Shown: positions 9,426-20,040 of the stretch, in pieces
Position numbering within the stretch: the stretch's first letter is position 1
How the letters are laid out: every line of letters starts with the position of its first letter
DNA from: Thermoanaerobaculia bacterium
GTDB lineage: Bacteria > Acidobacteriota > Thermoanaerobaculia > UBA5066
Reading direction: 5' to 3'
NCBI GenBank assembly: GCA_963816185.1
Contig: CAWFJJ010000001.1
Location: forward strand, 224,001 to 288,000
DNA length: 64,000 bases
Notes under the pieces: generated by a model
The model's input: the letters and a program-made list of their open reading frames with translations, nothing else
Told to the model about the DNA's origin: nothing
Databases searched by the model: none
Position numbers and translations under genes: made by a program

Positions 9426-10786
9426 GGTTCCGCGGAGGATCCCTCGCCGTGGCGGCGCTCGGCGCCCTTGCCTGCACGTTCTCGCGGGAGATCACGATCC
9501 TGCCTCACAGGCTCGAAAAGCCGCTCCCGAACGGGCTCGTGAACTCCTACAACGCCGAAGAGCAGCTCCAACGCGGTTACATCCCCGAGGTCTCCGAATT
9601 CCTCGCCGGACCGGGCGCCCGAACCCTCGACACCGTCCGCTTCGACCGCCTGGCCGGCCAGGTTCTTCTCGAGCGCGGCAACTTCCGCGGCGCCGCGTCG
9701 CGGCTCGAGCGTGCCCTGGCGGGCACGGGCCGCATGTCGGACCGCGCGGACCTCGCGTGGCTCCTGTCGCAGGCCGCCTACTGGGACGGAGACTTCTCGT
9801 CCGCGGGGCGCTGGGGGCGCGAGGCGCAGCGCGAGGGAAAACGCGTGCCGGACGGCTGGCTCGTCTTCCTGGAATCGCAGGGCGCGCGCGTCCTGTACGG
9901 CGGCGCGGCGGCGGGAGAACGCTTTTCGATCCCCGTCGCGTTCGGGCGGCCGAACCTCCTGCGCATCCCCGTGCGCGTGAACTCTCGTCCCGCCGAGGAG
10001 ATGGTCCTCGACTCGGGCGCGTCGCTGTCCCTCCTGACGGAGAGCGCGGCGGCCCGGCTGGGCGTGGCGTTCGTTCCGGGCGCGACGGCCGTCGCGAAGG
10101 GTCTGCACGAAAGGGACCTTCCCATGCGCCTCGGCTGGGTCGATTCCGTACGCGTGGGCGACCTCACGCTGACGGATGTCCCGGTCGGCGTCCTGCCCGA
10201 CGGCACGCTTACGTTCGCGACAGCTACGGCCGGGCTCTTCCGCCTGAACGGGGTCCTCGGTGTCCATCTCATGAAGGAGCTCGACTGGAGAATCGAGTTC
10301 AAAGACCGCCTCCTCCAGGCCCGACGCCTCGATCCGCACATCGTGCGCGGCTCGAAGGACCAGAATCTCTTCTTCCGGAGAATGAAGCCCATGGCGCGCG
10401 CCTCGCTCAACGGGCAGCCGTGGTCGCTCTTCCTTCTCGACACCGGGTCCGAGCCCTCGATGGTCACGCGCGGCGGGCTGAGCCGGACGCGCCTCTTCGA
10501 ACCGGCGGCGGCGTACCCGATCACGCTCGAGGGGATCGGGCAGTCGCGCGTGTCGTGGGCCAAGATCTCGAACGTGACGGTGGGGGTCTCGGCCTACATG
10601 GTCCGGTTCAAGGACATCGTCGTGAAAGAGGAGTCGGACGGGATCGAGGACGGCATCCTGGGCGCGTCTTTTCTTTCCTCGTTCGACGTGGAGATTCGTT
10701 TCGGCGCGATGACTCTCGTGCTCGAGAACCCGTTGGATCGATACCTCCGACAGAAGGAGGCGGCCTCGCAGGAGATCGCACGATAG
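9422..10786 (+). CDS. Putative lipoprotein with two retropepsin-like aspartyl protease domains
   Basis: GTG overlapping upstream stop; lipobox-like ALAC; LDSGAS and LDTGSE motifs, each followed by G-x-LG. Confidence 0.8.
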   Translation: MRFRGGSLAVAALGALACTFSREITILPHRLEKPLPNGLVNSYNAEEQLQRGYIPEVSEFLAGPGARTLDTVRFDRLAGQVLLERGNFRGAASRLERALAGTGRMSDRADLAWLLSQAAYWDGDFSSAGRWGREAQREGKRVPDGWLVFLESQGARVLYGGAAAGERFSIPVAFGRPNLLRIPVRVNSRPAEEMVLDSGASLSLLTESAAARLGVAFVPGATAVAKGLHERDLPMRLGWVDSVRVGDLTLTDVPVGVLPDGTLTFATATAGLFRLNGVLGVHLMKELDWRIEFKDRLLQARRLDPHIVRGSKDQNLFFRRMKPMARASLNGQPWSLFLLDTGSEPSMVTRGGLSRTRLFEPAAAYPITLEGIGQSRVSWAKISNVTVGVSAYMVRFKDIVVKEESDGIEDGILGASFLSSFDVEIRFGAMTLVLENPLDRYLRQKEAASQEIAR

Positions 10787-10787
10787 A

Positions 10788-11555
10788 ATGAGTCGCGTGC
10801 AGGGGCGCCATCCACGGGGAGCGGCGGCGGCCGCGGCGCTCGCGGCAATGAGCGTCCTCTACGCGGGAGGGTGCCGGGGTCCGGCCGATCCTATGCAGAA
10901 GAAGCGGAACGACATGGTCGAGCACCAGATCGTCGCGCGCGGGATTCGGGATCCGCGCGTGCTCGAGGCGATGCGCACCGTGCCACGCCACCTTTTCGTC
11001 CCGCCGGCGGAGGAAGCGTCCGCGTACGACGACCGGCCGCTGCCCATCGGAAGCGGTCAGACGATCTCGCAGCCCTATGTCGTCGCCTTCATGGCCGAGC
11101 AGCTTCGCCTGACCGGGAAGGAGAAGGTCCTCGAGATCGGGACGGGCTCGGGCTATTCGACGGCGATCCTCGCGGCCGTGGCCTCGAAGGTCTTCTCGAT
11201 CGAGATCCGCCCCGAGCTGGCGCGTCTGGCGAAGGAACGTCTCGAAAAGCTGGGCATCAAGAACGTCGAGCTGAGGGCGGCCGACGGCTATCGAGGCTGG
11301 CCGGAGGAAGCGCCGTTCGACGCGATCGTCGTCACCGCCGCTCCGGAGCGGATCCCGCCCCCGCTCCTCGAGCAGCTCGCCCCCGAAGGGCGGATGGTGA
11401 TCCCGGTCGGCGCGTTCTATCAGGAGCTGAAGGTCATCAAGCGGCAGGGCGGAGGCTACTCGGAGAAGAGCGTCCTTCCCGTGCGGTTCGTGCCTCTCGT
11501 GGGCGAGGCCGAAGGAAGCGCGCCTCCGGCCCGCGACCCCGGGACCTCGCGATGA
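10788..11555 (+). CDS. pcm: Protein-L-isoaspartate O-methyltransferase
   Basis: VPRHLFV, GQTISQPY, VLEIGTGSGY, APFDAIVVTAA, VRFVPL. Confidence 0.93.
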   Translation: MSRVQGRHPRGAAAAAALAAMSVLYAGGCRGPADPMQKKRNDMVEHQIVARGIRDPRVLEAMRTVPRHLFVPPAEEASAYDDRPLPIGSGQTISQPYVVAFMAEQLRLTGKEKVLEIGTGSGYSTAILAAVASKVFSIEIRPELARLAKERLEKLGIKNVELRAADGYRGWPEEAPFDAIVVTAAPERIPPPLLEQLAPEGRMVIPVGAFYQELKVIKRQGGGYSEKSVLPVRFVPLVGEAEGSAPPARDPGTSR

Positions 11556-11830
11556 GCGCCGTGAAGGCGCTCACGAATTCCTCGGTCCTTCTCGAACGAG
11601 TGCCCGTCAGGGAGCGCGGCGCGTCGCTGACGCGCTCCGCGTGGCGAATCGCGGTGACGGCGGATGAGGGCGCGGGCACGATCGTCCGTCTCGAGGTGTC
11701 GGACGGCGCGGTTCATTTCCGCGGCGACGGCCTGTTCCTCGGCTGGGGCGCGGAAGACATGCGCGCCGCCTGGGACGCGCTCGCGCGCTCGGATGCCGCG
11801 CCAGAGCCGGAGCTCATGCAGCTCGGCTAG
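11552..11830 (+). CDS. Hypothetical protein (92 aa)
   Basis: ATGA overlap with the pcm stop; plausible globular composition. Confidence 0.6.
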   Translation: MSAVKALTNSSVLLERVPVRERGASLTRSAWRIAVTADEGAGTIVRLEVSDGAVHFRGDGLFLGWGAEDMRAAWDALARSDAAPEPELMQLG

Positions 11831-12627
11831 ATCCCGGCCCAGCCCGGTTCCAGGCGCGTCCAGCCTTCTTCGATCGCCCACAAGTCCATCGCGAGCGAGA
11901 CGAGGTCGTCCACTTCCGGGAGCGGCCGCGCGTCGAGCGTGAGGTCGATCGACTTGACGTAGCGACGGCACGTCTCGCACGCCTCGATGCGGACGTTCTT
12001 GTGCACGTCGCTCTGGAAGCCCGGCAGCTTCGCGGGATTCTCTTCCCGGCACGAGGGGCAGCGGATCCGGTTGAAGGGCCACTCCGTCCCGCAGAGCCCG
12101 CAGATGAGGAAGCGCGCGGCGCCGTTGGATTCGGGCAGCTCCTTGCGGTAGGAGACGATGGGCGCGGCGCCGCAGGCGGGGCAGTGGCCTTCGTGCCGGG
12201 GGCGTTGGGCGGCGATCCCCGCGCGCGCAAGGACCTCGGCGAAGGGCCGGAGGAACGCACGTGACAGATAGTCCTCCGCTGCGTCGCGGCCCCCTTCCCA
12301 GTAGACGCGGAGCCGGGTGGCGGCGGTCGCCGGATCGTCTTTCGCGCGAGCCTCCGCGGCCTCCGCCAGCTCGGACGGCCCGTCGGCGGCGGCGAAGGAG
12401 AGAAGAGGAGGCAGCAGGTCGGCGAGGCGGGGCAGGTCCACCGCCCCGCCTGTGAACGGCGTGTCGGCGTGCCGTGCCGCGATAGCGGCAGCGAGGCGGC
12501 CCTGCAGGCGGAAGAGCTTTGCGGCGAACCCCAGCGGATCGGCAACGGCAGGGGCGGTCCCGGCAAGCAGCTCGGCGCGCGCAGCGCGCTTTTCGAACGC
12601 CGCCACCGGGTCGAAGCTCGTTTTCAC
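11827..12627 (-). CDS. fdhE: Formate dehydrogenase accessory protein FdhE
   Basis: CPACG, CGLCGTEW, RIRCPSC, CETCRRYVK, DDLVSLAMD. Confidence 0.9.
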   Translation of the reverse strand: MKTSFDPVAAFEKRAARAELLAGTAPAVADPLGFAAKLFRLQGRLAAAIAARHADTPFTGGAVDLPRLADLLPPLLSFAAADGPSELAEAAEARAKDDPATAATRLRVYWEGGRDAAEDYLSRAFLRPFAEVLARAGIAAQRPRHEGHCPACGAAPIVSYRKELPESNGAARFLICGLCGTEWPFNRIRCPSCREENPAKLPGFQSDVHKNVRIEACETCRRYVKSIDLTLDARPLPEVDDLVSLAMDLWAIEEGWTRLEPGWAGI

Positions 12628-12714
12628 TCGAGCACGTTATCGCTGGAGGGCCGGAAAACGAAACCTTCGGCTCATCGGATGGCGCCCACCCGGAATTCCG
12701 TGCCCGCCGCCTTG

Positions 12715-12735
12715 ATACCTTGTAATACAAGGTAT
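12715..12735. promoter_or_regulatory. PadR autoregulatory operator overlapping the promoter
   Basis: Perfect 10-1-10 palindrome ATACCTTGTA-A-TACAAGGTAT overlapping TTGATA and TATAGT; padR ATG lies 8 nt after the -10. Confidence 0.75.
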
Positions 12736-12746
12736 AGTGTCATCAT

Positions 12747-13127
12747 ATGACTTCTGCACCGCTCGCGACCGGGAGACCCGAACCCCTCGACAAGTGGGAG
12801 GTTCAGATCCGGAAAGGTTGCCTCGAGCTGGCGATCCTCGCCGCTGTGTGGTCCAAAGCGCGTTACGGGCTAGAGATCCTGCGCGAACTGACCGACGCCG
12901 CGGATCTCGTCGTTCCGGAGGGAACCGTGTATCCGCTGCTGAGCCGGCTCAAGGCGGAGGGCCTCCTCGAGTCGGAGTGGGTGGAAGCCGAGGGCGGCCA
13001 CCCGCGGAAGTACTACCGCCTCACTGCGAGCGGCCGCCGCCGGGCCGTGCAGATGGCGCATTTCTGGTCGACCTTCACCGCGAAGCTTCACGGCCTCATC
13101 ACGCCGCTCCGAAAGGAGGAACGCTGA
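12747..13127 (+). CDS. PadR-family transcriptional regulator
   Basis: RKGCLELAIL, YGLEI, EGTVYPLLSRL, PRKYYRLT. Confidence 0.92.
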   Translation: MTSAPLATGRPEPLDKWEVQIRKGCLELAILAAVWSKARYGLEILRELTDAADLVVPEGTVYPLLSRLKAEGLLESEWVEAEGGHPRKYYRLTASGRRRAVQMAHFWSTFTAKLHGLITPLRKEER

Positions 13128-13735
13128 TGCCGGATACCCGCGCGGCGCACCAAAGGATCGATCGGTATCTTCAAGATCTGCGAAGGGCGCTCGGCGGCCT
13201 CCCGGAGGAGCACGTGGCCGACATCGTGGAGGAATTGCGCAGTCACTTGCTGGAGAAGGCGACGGCCGGCGGAGAGCTGACGGCGGAATCGGTCGCATCG
13301 GCGCTCGAAGGGCTTGGTGACCCCGAGGAGCTGGCCAGCCAGTACCTGACGGACCATCTCTTGGCGCGGGCGCAATTCAGCCACTCACCTCTGCTCGTCC
13401 TCCGCGGCCTCTTCCAGACGGCGACTCTCGGCCTTGCGGGGATCTTCGTCCTCGTCGGATCGGGCGTGGGTTACGGCCTATGCCTCGCCGTCGTCCTATG
13501 CGCGGCCTTGAAAGTGTTTCATCCGGCCTCGGCGGGGCTCTGGGCGGGCCCGGAAGGCGAGCTGAGCCTTCGCATGGGGTTCGGTGCTCCACCGGCGGGT
13601 ACCCGCGAGCTCCTGGGTTGGTGGATCATCCCGATCGGGCTTGCGCTGGGAGCCGGCCTTTATCTTCTGACGATCCGTTTCGGCCGATGGGGCGTTCGCA
13701 CCCTACGGCATGCGGGCCGGGCCGAGAAGCCGTGA
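13127..13735 (+). CDS. DUF1700/HAAS-domain membrane protein
   Basis: YLQDLRRAL..DIVEELRSH..LGDPEELA plus TM helices; coupled to padR. Confidence 0.8.
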   Translation: MPDTRAAHQRIDRYLQDLRRALGGLPEEHVADIVEELRSHLLEKATAGGELTAESVASALEGLGDPEELASQYLTDHLLARAQFSHSPLLVLRGLFQTATLGLAGIFVLVGSGVGYGLCLAVVLCAALKVFHPASAGLWAGPEGELSLRMGFGAPPAGTRELLGWWIIPIGLALGAGLYLLTIRFGRWGVRTLRHAGRAEKP

Positions 13736-13736
13736 C

Positions 13737-14390
13737 ATGAAGCTTTCCGACTCCCGCTTCGTGAGCGCCCTCGAACTCGTGCTGGGGACATTCGTCGTGA
13801 TCGGCCACAACGTCTTTCACGCCGTGCCCAACGAGGTGCCGATCCTCGCCGCGCTGGGCCTGATCTCGTTTCGGGTACGCGGCGGCGGCTGGTCCGCGTT
13901 GCCGTTTCGGCGTCCGGTTTCCTGGAAGCGCATCGTCCTGATTGCATTCGTGACCGCGGCGGCGAGAATCCTGCTGGGTCAGCTGGTCGAACCGCTCACC
14001 GCGAGGTTCTGGCCTCCGATCGTGGAGCCCGCCGGAATGAACACGATCGCGGGTCACCCGGGCGTCGCGCTCAAATGGCTCGCGATCGTCTGGACGTGGG
14101 CCGCGTTCGGCGAGGAATTCGGGTATCGCGGCTATCTCCTCACGCGGGCCGCCGACCTCGGAAAAGGATCGGAGGCGGCCTATCTCGCCGGCATGGTCTT
14201 CGTGGCGATCTTGTTCGGCTACGGGCACTATTACAAGGGACCCGCGGGGGTCGTAGACTCGGGCGTCGCCGGGCTCGTGCTCGGGGCCGCGTACCTCTTT
14301 TCCGGCCGGAATCTCTGGGCGTGCGTCCTCGCCCACGGCTTCATCGACACGTTCGGGGTGACCGCGCTCTACCTCGGCTGGGCGAACTGA
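13737..14390 (+). CDS. CPBP (CAAX/Abi) intramembrane metalloprotease
   Basis: EEFGYRG, FGYGH, LWACVLAHGFID. Confidence 0.88.
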   Translation: MKLSDSRFVSALELVLGTFVVIGHNVFHAVPNEVPILAALGLISFRVRGGGWSALPFRRPVSWKRIVLIAFVTAAARILLGQLVEPLTARFWPPIVEPAGMNTIAGHPGVALKWLAIVWTWAAFGEEFGYRGYLLTRAADLGKGSEAAYLAGMVFVAILFGYGHYYKGPAGVVDSGVAGLVLGAAYLFSGRNLWACVLAHGFIDTFGVTALYLGWAN

Positions 14391-14397
14391 CTCCGGA

Positions 14398-15090
14398 CTA
14401 TTTCTTGGGCTCCATCACTTCCTTGTACCACTTCGGATGGTGCAGGCGCGCCCAGGCCTTGGTCACGGTGCCGCGGGTCATCGAGCCGAACGTCCCAGGC
14501 TCGGCTGCAGTGCCGAGGTAGATGTGGAAGACGATCGTGACGGCGAACAGGATGAACGTGCCGTCGTGGAGAAGGATCGCGATCTCGCGAAAGAAGTGCG
14601 AGAACTTGAGCGGGAACCAGAGGACGACGCCCGAGACGAGGAGGCCGAGCGCCGCGAGCGCCGACGTGAAGAAGAAGATCTTCTGGCCGCCGTTGTATTT
14701 CCCGACGTCGGAGTCGTCGGTCTGGTAGCGCATGTACGTGAAGAGCTTCGGGCCGATCCAGCTCCTCTCGTCGGGCCTGAGCTCCATCTCGGAGTACCAG
14801 GCGACGAGCATCACGAGTGTCGCAATCGAGAAAGCGACGCCCGCCCAGGGATGCAGCCAGCGGCAGACCTGGAGTCCGCCGAAGAGCGGCGCCATCCAGG
14901 CGAAGACCGGCGTCCAGATTGGCAGGCCGGTGAGCAGACAGACGATGAACGTGACGGCGACGCACCAATGGATGACGCGTGAGGAGAGACGGTGGCGGAT
15001 GATCTCGTTTCCAACGACGACGTTCTCGCGATCACGGCCCACGATGACGGCTTCGTCCATCGCCCGGTCGCGGGTCGGGACAGAGCTCAT
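14398..15090 (-). CDS. fdoI: Formate dehydrogenase gamma subunit (cytochrome b556)
   Basis: HW, RWLHPW, GKYNGGQK, FHIY, WARLHHPKW. Confidence 0.92.
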   Translation of the reverse strand: MSSVPTRDRAMDEAVIVGRDRENVVVGNEIIRHRLSSRVIHWCVAVTFIVCLLTGLPIWTPVFAWMAPLFGGLQVCRWLHPWAGVAFSIATLVMLVAWYSEMELRPDERSWIGPKLFTYMRYQTDDSDVGKYNGGQKIFFFTSALAALGLLVSGVVLWFPLKFSHFFREIAILLHDGTFILFAVTIVFHIYLGTAAEPGTFGSMTRGTVTKAWARLHHPKWYKEVMEPKK

Positions 15091-15115
15091 GTTGCCTCCT
15101 CTTTCTCTTTCCTGC

Positions 15116-16012
15116 TCACGCCTGCGGAAGGTTGGACTCGGCGTCCGCCGCGCCCTTCACTTCCTTCTTGCCGAAGTTGAGGTAATGCCCGAAAGCGCCG
15201 ACGACGGCTCCGACGATGGCGATCAGTCCGAGCGGGCGGACGACGTTCTTCCAGAACTTCATGCCCAGCGGCACGTGCGGATCGCGGGGAAGCGCGCCGT
15301 ACCACTCGGGATGGTCGGCGTGCGCGAGCACGGTGACGACTCCGGTGCCGCCGACGCCCTGCGGGTCATACAGCCCGGCCGACGCGAACCCGTTCTTCTT
15401 GAGCTGCTCCACGCGTGAGTTGCCGAGCGCGACCATGTCGTCCTTCGTGCCGAAGTGCAGACAGCCGGTCGGGCAGGCCTTGATGCACGCAGGCTCGAGA
15501 CCGACCGAGACGCGGTCCACGCAGAGCGTGCACTTGGCCATCTTCCCCGTGGCGGCGTGGAACTTCGGGACGTCGAACGGGCAGCCGGTCGCGCAATAGC
15601 CGCAGCCGATGCACTGCTCCGGGTTCACGTCCACGATGCCGTTCGCGTACTGCACGATCGCGCCCGGAGCGGGGCAGGCCTCGAGGCAACCGGGCTCGGC
15701 GCAGTGCATGCACTGGTCCTTGCGCATCAGCCACATGAGCCCGCCGTCCACTTCGCGCTCGTCGAAGCGGATCAGGTTCCAGAAGGACGGGTCGAGCGTC
15801 GGCATCGTCTGATACGTGCCGGTCTGGGCGGTCGGGACGACCTTCAAGTCGTTCCACTCCTGGCACGCCACCTCGCAGGCCTTGCAGCCGATGCAGGTCG
15901 AGGTGTCGATGTACTTGGAGACGGCCGGCAGGCTGCGCAGGCCGGTGACGTTCCCCGACGAGAGGATGCCCGAGGCCGAGGAGCGGGAGATCTCGAGATT
16001 CTGAACGCTCAT
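15116..16012 (-). CDS. fdoH: Formate dehydrogenase beta (Fe-S) subunit
   Basis: CIGCKACEVAC, RKDQCMHC, CIGCGYC, KCTLCVDR, C-terminal TM. Confidence 0.93.
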   Translation of the reverse strand: MSVQNLEISRSSASGILSSGNVTGLRSLPAVSKYIDTSTCIGCKACEVACQEWNDLKVVPTAQTGTYQTMPTLDPSFWNLIRFDEREVDGGLMWLMRKDQCMHCAEPGCLEACPAPGAIVQYANGIVDVNPEQCIGCGYCATGCPFDVPKFHAATGKMAKCTLCVDRVSVGLEPACIKACPTGCLHFGTKDDMVALGNSRVEQLKKNGFASAGLYDPQGVGGTGVVTVLAHADHPEWYGALPRDPHVPLGMKFWKNVVRPLGLIAIVGAVVGAFGHYLNFGKKEVKGAADAESNLPQA

Positions 16013-16025
16013 GGTCGTCCTCCTC

Positions 16026-19000
16026 TCACGCCTTCTCGAGCTTGACGAGGAAGGTCTTGTACTCCGGCGTCCAGGTGTTCGGGTCCATGGCCGAGGGCGT
16101 CAGGAAGTTCGCGAGCGGGCCGGTATGACCGGCTTCGCCCTCGTAGCCCCAGTGGAGCGGGAAGCCGATCTGCCACATCGCCTGCCCGTTGACCTTCAGA
16201 GGGCGCAGGCGCTTCGTGACCATCGCCACCCCTTCGACGGAGCCGCGCGCCGACGTGACGCGGGCGCGCCCTCCGTTGACGATGCCCTTCTCCTTCGCGA
16301 GATCCTCCGGGATCTCGATGAAGAAGCCCGGCTGCTCCTGGTTCAGGCGATCGATGTGCTTCGTCCAGTAGTGGTAGTGCTCCGTGAGGCGGTACGTCAT
16401 GCAGACGATCGGGAACTGGTCGCGTTTGCCGTAAATGTCCTTGTCGGACTTGAACTTCTTCGTGGCCGGATTGGAGGTCACCTTGGGGTGCAGGGGGTTG
16501 TCGCACGGGGCTTCCACCGCCTCGTAGTGCTCGGGGAACGGGCCGTCGTTCAGGGGTGCGAAAAGCTTGCCGACGCCTTCGGGCAGCATGATGAAGGCAC
16601 CGAACGTTCCCGGAGGCGCGTCGGGCTTCATATCGGGTACATCGCCGACCCACTTCGCGCCGTTCCACTTGATGCCGGCCCGCGTCGGATCCCAGGGCTT
16701 GCCCTCTGCGTCGGCGGAGGCGCGGTTGTACATGACGCGCCGGTTCGCCGGCCAGGAGAAGCACCAGTTGTGGTACATGCCGAGGCCGCTCGCATCGTCC
16801 ACGGGGTTGCGCCTCTGCGTCAGATTGCCCGCCTCGGTGTAGCAGCCCGACATGAGCCAGTTGCCGCACATCGTCGAGCCGTCGTCCTGGAGCTGCGTGA
16901 ATCCATCGAGCTGCTGGCCGGCCGCCTTGATGAGCTTGGTCTTGTCCTTCGGGTCGTGGATGTCTTCGAGGGCTTTGCCGTTCAGCTCCTTCAGGACCTC
17001 GGACAGGTCGGGCGCAGCCGGATTTGTGTAGGCCCAATCGACGTTCAGGACCGCCTCCGCCGCGGGGCCGCCTTCCTTCCGGTAGAGGTCCCGGACGGCG
17101 AGGAAGATCCTCGCGAGGATCTCCTGGTCCGTCTTGATCTGCCCCGGAGGATCCAGGGCCTTCCATTTCCACTGGATCCAGCGCGCGGAGTTCGTGAAGC
17201 TGCCGTCCTTCTCCGCGAAGTTGGACGCGGGCAGCTGGAAGACCTCGGTCTGGATCTTCGAGGGCTCCGCCCCGCCGTACTCCTTGGGGGCCTTCCAGAA
17301 GGTCGCCGTCTCCACCTGGTGGTTCTCGACGACCACGAGCCACTTCAATTTCGAGTGCGCGGCGATCATTTTCGGCGTGTTCGGCCCGATGCCGACGGGG
17401 TTCATGCCGAAGGTCATGAGCCCCTCCGGGCCGGGCTCCTGACCGCCGGCGCGGCTCGAGTTGCCGCGGTACATGTCGTCGAAGATGAACATCCAGGAGT
17501 AGTTGCCGTCGACCTTCGGAAGCCAGTTGTATCCGAACTCGTTCTCCTTCGTCGCGTTCTTGCCGTAGCAGGCCTTCAGGACCGAGACCATGAACTTCGA
17601 GTAGTTCTGCCAGTAGTTCATGGACGGGCCGAGCGCTTTCGGAGTGTTCGCCTCGACGTACTCCTTGAGCGATTGCCAGGGCGCCTGGGGCGTCTTGACG
17701 TACCCCGGCAGGATGTCGAAGACGCCCGCCGTGTCGGTCGCACCCTGGATGTTCGAGTGGCCGCGCAGCGCGTTCACGCCGCCGCCCGGCCGGCCCACGT
17801 TACCCAGCAGGAGCTGCAGCATCGCGGCCGTGCGAATGATCTGGACGCCGATCGAGTGCTGCGTCCAGCCGAGCGCGTACATGATCGTGCCGCAGCGCTC
17901 GGCGTTGCCCGTCGACGTCACGACCTCGGCGACCTTGAGGAACGTCTCTTTGGGCGTGCCGCAGACCTTCTCGACCATCTCCGGCGTGTAGCGGTCGACG
18001 TGCTTCTTCAGGAGCTGGAAGACGCAGTTCGGGTCTTCGAGGGTCGGGTCCTTCTTCGCCTCTCCCTTCGCGTCGAGCTGATACGCCCACGTGTCGCGCT
18101 TGTAGCTGCCCGACGCCTCGTCGAAGCCGGAGAAGAGGCCGTCGTCGAACTTGAAGTCGGCATTGATCAGGAGGGGCGCGTTCGTGTGGATCCTGACGTA
18201 GTCCTCGTGGAACCTCTTCTTGTCGATCGCGTACCGGATGATGCCGAGCAGGTACGCGATGTCCGTGCCGGCCCGGATCGGGGAGTAGACGTCGGCCACG
18301 GCCGCGGTCCGCGTGAAGCGCGGATCCACCGCGACGATTTTGGCGTTACGCGTCTTCTTGGCCTCGATGGCCCACTTGAAGCCGCAGGGGTGGTTCTCGG
18401 CGGGGTTCCCGCCCATGCAGAGGACGACGTCTGCGTTCTTGATGTCGACCCATCCGTTCGTCATCGCTCCGCGCCCGAACGTGGCGGCCAGACTGGCCAC
18501 CGTGGGGCCGTGTCATACCCGGGCCTGAGTGTCCCGGTACGGCACCCCCCAAGCCGATGCGGACTTCCAGTAGAGGAAGTTGAACTCCGTCGTGTCGGTG
18601 CAGCCTCCGATCATCGCCATGCCGGGGTTGCGGTTGACGACCTGCCCCTTGGCGTTCTTCGCGACGAAGCTCTTGTCGCGGGTATCCTTGACGTGGCGAG
18701 CGATCTTCGCGATCGCCTCGTCCCAGGAGATGTCCTCCCAGTGATCGGATCCGGGCTTGCGGATCTGGGGCGTCTTGAGGCGGGTCGGGCTGTTGATGTC
18801 GTCCTTGACGGTCGCGCCCTTCGGACACAGCGTGCCGCGGTTGATCGGATGGTCGGGATCGCCCTCCACGTGGACGACCGACGCCGTGGCGTTCTTGGCC
18901 TTGTCCCCCAGCGTGTGGATGATAAGACCGCACGAGACCGCGCAGTAAGGACACGTACTGCGCGTTTCCGTCGTGCGCGAGATCTTGAACTCTCGCATCT

Positions 19001-19088
19001 CGGCGCGGGCCTCGTGGAGATCGAAACCCAGAGCGACGGCTCCACCGGCGGTTCCCGCCTTCAGAAAGGTGCGTCGGGTCAGGCTCAT
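16026..19088 (-). CDS. fdoG: Formate dehydrogenase alpha subunit, Mo/W-bisPGD selenoprotein (Sec UGA at 18513-18515)
   Basis: Tat signal TRRTFLK, CPYCAVSC; ORFs 18513..19088 and 16026..18500 are in frame across QARV-UGA-HGPTVASL; ALRGHSNIQG. Confidence 0.95.
18481..18512 (-). promoter_or_regulatory. Bacterial SECIS element
   Basis: mRNA UGA-CACGGCCCCACGGU-GGCC-AGUCU-GGCC hairpin in the position of the E. coli fdnG/fdoG SECIS. Confidence 0.8.
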
Positions 19089-19191
19089 AACACCCCTCCT
19101 CGACTGACTGGCTGGATGGGCCTAGCAGATCAATGAACGGGGCTCAATGTCAAGACCGGTTCTCAGAAGGCCTGTTAACGCGTGACCCACG

Positions 19192-20036
<845 letters not shown>

Positions 20037-20040
<4 letters not shown>

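Noticed and set aside
16011-19136. 1041-aa ORF antisense to fdoG, and other long shadow ORFs (e.g. 20064..23435, 29245..31467, 59602..61215)
   Set aside because: Expected from GC-rich codon bias opposite or out of frame with real genes; no recognisable motifs
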